Positions 59,472 to 64,000 of a stretch of 64,000 nt of DNA are shown in pieces (position 1 is the first letter of the stretch; every line of letters begins with the position of its first letter). The translations under genes and the position numbers were made by a program. The DNA comes from an uncultured Gammaproteobacteria bacterium (lineage in GTDB: Bacteria; Patescibacteriota; Microgenomatia; Levybacterales; GWA1-39-11): the NCBI GenBank assembly GCA_964531275.1, contig CAZHDZ010000004.1, positions 73,887 to 137,886 of the forward strand, written 5' to 3'. The notes under the pieces are model-generated. The model had not been told where the DNA came from. It was given only the letters and a program-made list of their open reading frames with translations, and did no database searches.

Positions 59472-59864
59472 CTAATAGCAATATTCTTTTATTCCTGTAA
59501 TTTTATTGTTAAGGTCGGCAAATATTCTTATTCCGCCACATGGAAGCCATCCTATTTTGTTGATAACTGAACTCTGGGTATAGTAGGTTAATCTAATATA
59601 AGCGTTTCCATTAGATCTAACGTTATATGTTCTTTGATCGTATGACCAATCAGTAACGTAGTCGATCTCAGCAGGTTTACCTGCGTAAGCAATAAGATTC
59701 TCGATACTTTTACCTTCAAGTCTTTTTTCTTCGTATAGCCCTGAAATTCTGTGATAATTAGCATTCAAGAAGCTAGAAACAAGAATAGTATATAAAACCA
59801 ATAGTAATACTATTGCGACAAGCAATTTAAGAACTGTAGTATATTTAAGTTTTAGTATGTACAT
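59472..59864 (-). CDS. Small membrane-anchored protein (130 aa). Candidate immunity protein for the adjacent orphan Rhs toxin module.
   Basis: Lies immediately downstream (same strand) of the orphan toxin ORF. N-terminal TM (LLVAIVLLLVLYTILV). Confidence 0.35.
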   Translation of the reverse strand: MYILKLKYTTVLKLLVAIVLLLVLYTILVSSFLNANYHRISGLYEEKRLEGKSIENLIAYAGKPAEIDYVTDWSYDQRTYNVRSNGNAYIRLTYYTQSSVINKIGWLPCGGIRIFADLNNKITGIKEYCY

Positions 59865-59873
59865 CGTAATGAA

Positions 59874-60428
59874 TTACCAGCAGACGTTTGGTTTCCATGC
59901 GTTACCTGTAATAGAACCGTCATTCAACTTATACGTACCAGAATAATCTCTTGGAGTTCCAGCTGCGTTTAACACAGCCTTAACTGCATTATTCAAGAGT
60001 TCTCTTGTGCCATTCACTGTATAAACTCCATTATTAGTTACCATTACGTCAACCCCGGTGCCATTCTTGTAGATTGAATCATTTGAGAAAATGACTCCAT
60101 CCTGAGGTCTTGGATCATTAGTCTTTGCTGGTAACCAATTGTACTCATCCGTATTCTCATTTTCAAGCTTAATCAACACTGCTTGATCCGAATTATTATA
60201 AACAGCCTCCCCACTCGGGTCTGACAAATTTATTGGATCTCCATTAGTAAAGTTGTAGCCATTTTGGGTTTGTGGATTCATAAGATCTCCTTCGACTGGA
60301 TCTCTGGAGATGAATCTTCCAATTGAAGGATCGTAATATCTAGCGCGCATGTAAGTAAGGGAGGTATTTGGGTCAAATTGCTCTCCTTTGTATTGAAAGT
60401 CATCTTCTCCAACTCCGCTTAATACATT
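59874..60428 (-). CDS. Orphan Rhs C-terminal module 2: 3' end of the Rhs core (RYYDP...DPxG) plus a distinct ~110-aa C-terminal toxin-like domain.
   Basis: DNA homology to the main rhs gene (62380..62520) and to orphan 1 (61260..61400) runs from ~60428 to the DPSG motif, then diverges. The ATG-bounded ORF is 59874..60350 (MRARYYDPSIGRFISRDPVEGDLMNPQTQNGYNFTNGDPINLSDPSGE...). Confidence 0.65.
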   Translation of the reverse strand, partial: NVLSGVGEDDFQYKGEQFDPNTSLTYMRARYYDPSIGRFISRDPVEGDLMNPQTQNGYNFTNGDPINLSDPSGEAVYNNSDQAVLIKLENENTDEYNWLPAKTNDPRPQDGVIFSNDSIYKNGTGVDVMVTNNGVYTVNGTRELLNNAVKAVLNAAGTPRDYSGTYKLNDGSITGNAWKPNVCW

Positions 60429-60461
60429 TCATATTAATAGAGAGTTGAACTAATAATTATT

Positions 60462-60785
60462 ATGAAGATTTGGTATACTACATCGCATATGGAAAATGCT
60501 TATTTAATAGCGGTAATTTTTTATACAATCCTGGCAGTACTAGTGCTTTGCGCAGAATTTAACTTTGTTAAGGTTTACAGAAAAAAAGGGTTTGAAAAAA
60601 AAGATTCAGAGCATAATACACTAGTTTTTTTATTGCTTCATTCAGAATACAATCTAAAAGCTTTATTTCTTGCATTTAATAAAATTCCAGATCAAGAAGT
60701 AGAAAAAGCAAGAAAAGCTTTCCTTGGATCTTTAGCACTAGCTATAATAGGTGTGTTTGGCCTTCAGATTTACTTCGCTTTATAA
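60462..60785 (+). CDS. Small two-TM membrane protein on the opposite strand between the two orphan Rhs modules.
   Basis: 107-aa ORF with two hydrophobic helices. Could be an immunity gene or a spurious ORF. Confidence 0.3.
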   Translation: MKIWYTTSHMENAYLIAVIFYTILAVLVLCAEFNFVKVYRKKGFEKKDSEHNTLVFLLLHSEYNLKALFLAFNKIPDQEVEKARKAFLGSLALAIIGVFGLQIYFAL

Positions 60786-60793
60786 TAAATCAA

Positions 60794-61588
60794 TCACCAC
60801 GCAGAACCTATTACAATAGTTTCGCTCTTACCTCCATGTATTCCTACGGGTAAAGAAATACCCCCATTCAAACCTACCTCTACAGCAGTGATATTGTTCG
60901 TCTCTAAGTTTTTTTCGAAAGATACATCTACTGGCCCTACCCAAAAACCTAGCTGACTACTAGTCCCATTAAGATCCGAAGGTTTTTTTACATTACTATC
61001 CCAATTGTAATAAACTGATCCACCCCCGCTAACTATATCAAAGGTACTACCCCCTATTGATGTGGACTTCGCCTTGCCCGTACCCTGAGGAGTACTAACG
61101 CTACAGTTTGAATATGACCCAGCCACTCCGACACCTCCCGATATACAGCCGCATATCCCGAAGGCATCTTTGCCAGATGGGTCGGAGAAGTTCACGGGGT
61201 CACCATTTGTAAAATTATATCCATTTTGTGTTTGTGGATTCATAAGATCTCCTTCGACTGGATCTCTGGAGATGAATCTTCCAATTGAAGGATCGTAGTA
61301 TCTTGAGCGCATGTAGGAAAGATTGGTATTTGGATCAAATTGTTCTCCTTTGTACTGAAAGTCATCTTCCCCTATTCCACTTAGTACATTTCCGTATGGG
61401 TCGTAAGATAGATCTTTAATATATTCTCCGTTGCTATCTGTAACAATTCTAATATTTCCAATTCCATCTTCTAAGTAGTATTCACGATTTCCACTACTTA
61501 CCCCACCTTCACTTATGAGTCCATTGCCGTAGAGATAATAATTATCAGTACTATTTGTAAGATCTTTGGTAACAAGTACTTTTTCCAA
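60794..61588 (-). CDS. Orphan Rhs C-terminal module 1: ~130 aa of the Rhs core 3' region plus a distinct Gly-rich ~125-aa C-terminal toxin-like domain.
   Basis: Near-identical to the main rhs gene from DLEKVLVTKDLTNSTDNYY through RYYDPSIGRFISRDPVEGDLMNPQTQNGYNFTNGDP, then unrelated. An in-frame TGA sits immediately upstream of the TTG/Leu at the homology boundary. Confidence 0.7.
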   Translation of the reverse strand: MEKVLVTKDLTNSTDNYYLYGNGLISEGGVSSGNREYYLEDGIGNIRIVTDSNGEYIKDLSYDPYGNVLSGIGEDDFQYKGEQFDPNTNLSYMRSRYYDPSIGRFISRDPVEGDLMNPQTQNGYNFTNGDPVNFSDPSGKDAFGICGCISGGVGVAGSYSNCSVSTPQGTGKAKSTSIGGSTFDIVSGGGSVYYNWDSNVKKPSDLNGTSSQLGFWVGPVDVSFEKNLETNNITAVEVGLNGGISLPVGIHGGKSETIVIGSAW

Positions 61589-61683
61589 ATCTCATAAGCT
61601 TTTTTGCATTTTATAACTATTTTATTATCTGCAAAAAAATCTAGATATGCGCATGAATAAGTTGAAGTAAATCAAAAATACTT

Positions 61684-61935
61684 CTATAAAAATTCTATAA
61701 TACCAAAAATGGATAATATTCCAAAAAATATGAAGACAAACCCAACAAATATATACATAATCGATGTATTTTGTTTAGTAGTCTCGCTATACTGCATCCT
61801 GATATGCAGAAGCTTATTTATTTTTTTTCTCTGTTCAACCGCAGCTCTTGAAAGCTTATCAGGATTAAATACTGAATACACACCAACCATTACAAGAATA
61901 ATGCCTGGCACCTTTGACATAAAATTTTCAATCAT
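61684..61935 (-). CDS. Small two-TM membrane protein directly downstream of the main rhs gene. Candidate Rhs immunity protein.
   Basis: 83 aa. TM helices GIILVMVGVYSVF and IMYIFVGFVFIFFGILSIFGII. Starts 16 bp after the rhs stop. Confidence 0.45.
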   Translation of the reverse strand: MIENFMSKVPGIILVMVGVYSVFNPDKLSRAAVEQRKKINKLLHIRMQYSETTKQNTSIMYIFVGFVFIFFGILSIFGIIEFL

Positions 61936-61950
61936 ATCGCAATTATAAAT

Positions 61951-64000
61951 CTATTTACATAAATTGCCATAAGTTTTTTGAATCATTGCAGATGCACCAC
62001 GCGCGCCTAATCCCGCTTCCGTAGTCATAGTTCCTGTCTTTGGATTTACATTTAATTGGTATGCTATAGGTACAGGTCCAGCCATGAAATTTGTCTGAAA
62101 CGATGCGTCCGTTCCGGGAGAAGGCTCCGCTTTTGAATATGTAACAGAGGCACCAATCCCACCAGGAAATGCAACACCTGCAGCATGATATAAATATACC
62201 CCTGTCTTATCTAGATCTACAAGCGCTCCCACTCCTATGGCTAAGGGTACAATACCAACGCTTACACCAACGTTAACATAGTCTTCTCCGCTAGGGTCCG
62301 CGTAATTTATTGAATCTCCGTTTGCAAAGTTGTAGCCATTTTGGGTTTGGGGACTCATAAGATCTCCTTCGACTGGATCTCTGGAAATGAAACGGCCAAT
62401 GTTTGAATCATAGTATCTTGCGCGCATGTAGGAAAGATTGGTATTTGGATCAAGTTGTTCTCCCTTGTATTGAAAGTCGTCTTCTCCTATTCCACTTAGT
62501 ACATTTCCGTATGGGTCGTAAGATAGATCTTTAATATATTCTCCGTTGCTATCTGTAACAATTCTAATATTTCCAATTCCATCTTCTAAGTAGTATTCAC
62601 GATTTCCACTACTTACCCCACCTTCACTTATGAGTCCATTGCCGTAGAGATAATAATTATCAGTACTATTTGTAAGATCTTTGGTAACAAGTACTTTTTC
62701 CAAATCTCCAGAAACATCATTTATATACTTTTTAGTAAGAGAAGAATTTTCTTTTTCTGCAACTCTCTTACCATTGCCGTCGTATAGAAAATGATACGTA
62801 GGGCTTCCAGATGCTGCATATGTTGCCAATTTATTTTCGAAGTTAAAAGTAAGTGTTTTGTTACCAAATCCAGTTATGTTGCCATTATTGTCATAAGAAT
62901 AGGATGTGCCGTCTTTTACTGTAAGCCTATTGTCATTATTGTATGTAAGAGCACTGCTGGATGCACCCAATGTTCCTGTTAGCATATTCCCAACCTTGTC
63001 ATATGTATAAGCAAATGAATTGCTTGCAGATGTTGCTGCTGTGAGTCTTCCTAATGGGTCATAAGTAAACTGAAAATTTGACGAAGCACCACCACTTGCT
63101 TCTGCTGGCTCAAGCGCTACAGCAACATGGTTTGATCTACCACCATAAGAGAGACTCCAATCCATATCGACCGCTGCTGGCCCACCGGATTGAATAATAC
63201 TAGAGCCACTTCCATTGTCATAAGAATTTGGATGACCGTTTTCTGACCAATCCAATTCATTGTCACCATCTTCAGTGGGGACAGGCTCTGATTCTATTAC
63301 ATCAATAATTACATTATTTGCCGAATTAGGTGTAATGCTAACGGAAGAATAATTACTGCTTTGAGATAGACTGTCTGATTCAACAGTGTAGGTCTGTTTG
63401 ACATTGTATATGGAGTAAGCTGCTAGAAAAGTGTAGTCCCCGCCACTAAGTCCTGATGTTACGATGCTACCACTTCCGCCTGCTGGCGCCTGCAAGCCCC
63501 ACATTTGTACGAATTCTCCATACTGACCGATTTGCTGAGCCAACTTAGTCAAAGCAACCCCTCCATATGTCACTCCAGTTGCCCCAGTTGCTCCTCCCCC
63601 TTGGTGAGAGCCGACTGATACAAGCAAGAATCTGTTTGAATTACTGCCATTGACCGGAAAACTGGAGAGAGTTACGTTACCCCCAGTATTGTGCGTTGAT
63701 TCTATCGTCCCATCAAGCTCGATAGTTGAACCTCCACCGCCCCCAATGCCTTCAGACGAAGCCTCGGCCGGTTCAAGAGCAACTGCAACATGGTTGGATC
63801 TTGCACCGTAAGAAAGCGCCCAATTCATATCAACCTCGGAAGGTCCCCCAGACTGAACTATGGTAGAGCCACTTCCATTGTCATAAGAATTTGGATGACC
63901 GTTTTCTGACCAATCCTCTATATTGGCTCCGTCAACAGTTGGCACAGGCTCTGACTGAATAGCATCAATTATCCAATTATCGGCTGAGTTTGGAGTGATG
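61951..64000 (-). CDS. Rhs/YD-repeat polymorphic toxin (partial; N-terminus beyond the window) with a unique Gly-rich hydrophobic C-terminal domain.
   Basis: YD repeats (YDPLGRLT, YTYDKVGNM, YSYDNNGNI, YHFLYDGNGKRV). Core end motif RARYYDSNIGRFISRDPVEGD...DPSGE. The ORF is still open at the window end. N-terminal region carries a repeated ~55-aa unit (DWSENGHPNSYDNGSGS...). Confidence 0.85.
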   Translation of the reverse strand, partial: ITPNSADNWIIDAIQSEPVPTVDGANIEDWSENGHPNSYDNGSGSTIVQSGGPSEVDMNWALSYGARSNHVAVALEPAEASSEGIGGGGGSTIELDGTIESTHNTGGNVTLSSFPVNGSNSNRFLLVSVGSHQGGGATGATGVTYGGVALTKLAQQIGQYGEFVQMWGLQAPAGGSGSIVTSGLSGGDYTFLAAYSIYNVKQTYTVESDSLSQSSNYSSVSITPNSANNVIIDVIESEPVPTEDGDNELDWSENGHPNSYDNGSGSSIIQSGGPAAVDMDWSLSYGGRSNHVAVALEPAEASGGASSNFQFTYDPLGRLTAATSASNSFAYTYDKVGNMLTGTLGASSSALTYNNDNRLTVKDGTSYSYDNNGNITGFGNKTLTFNFENKLATYAASGSPTYHFLYDGNGKRVAEKENSSLTKKYINDVSGDLEKVLVTKDLTNSTDNYYLYGNGLISEGGVSSGNREYYLEDGIGNIRIVTDSNGEYIKDLSYDPYGNVLSGIGEDDFQYKGEQLDPNTNLSYMRARYYDSNIGRFISRDPVEGDLMSPQTQNGYNFANGDSINYADPSGEDYVNVGVSVGIVPLAIGVGALVDLDKTGVYLYHAAGVAFPGGIGASVTYSKAEPSPGTDASFQTNFMAGPVPIAYQLNVNPKTGTMTTEAGLGARGASAMIQKTYGNLCK

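Noticed and set aside
1-64000. tRNA/rRNA genes and mobile-element hallmarks (integrase, transposase, terminal inverted repeats).
   Set aside because: The intergenic regions were scanned by eye for tRNA T-arm/acceptor signatures and for recombinase motifs. None was found, and no intergenic segment is long enough for rRNA.

Overview
AT-rich (~35-38% GC) bacterial chromosomal segment with dense, short, often overlapping genes. TGA serves as a stop codon. The housekeeping set is minimal and includes an archaeal-type AMP phosphorylase, a short AlaRS (618 aa) and a short IF-2 (486 aa). By inference this resembles a Candidate Phyla Radiation / Patescibacteria-type genome.

Core genes, mostly on the minus strand: alaS, nth, yvcK-like, pyrE, pyrF, ftsK, alpha-glucan phosphorylase, RNase J, a nusA-infB-(DHH-like)-rpsO-pnp operon, a MutY-like glycosylase, ABC-2 and MacB-type ABC systems, and an RND efflux pump.

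Accessory or unusual content:
1. A tandem array of four paralogous repeat proteins (1..4958) with HEAR-like ~50-aa repeats and a conserved acidic C-terminal tail. Each gene junction is an ATGA overlap.
2. A sortase-associated cluster of secreted Asn/Thr/Gly-rich repeat proteins (41787..48095), some ending in LPXTG-type signals. It is preceded by a promoter, a hairpin-repeat array and a terminator leader.
3. An Rhs/YD-repeat polymorphic toxin locus at the 3' end (59059..64000) with one main rhs gene, two orphan C-terminal toxin modules and small membrane proteins as immunity candidates.
4. A perfect 103-bp tandem triplication spanning a convergent gene junction (18543..18787).
5. A stand-alone Lon ATPase module without a protease domain, and a stand-alone Clp-N domain protein with elevated GC.
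6. PNPase with an RGG-type tail, and a DHH-like protein with a ~200-aa Gln/Pro-rich tail.

No tRNA, rRNA, integrase or transposase genes were recognised. The short repeat array at 41464..41678 was assessed and not called CRISPR.
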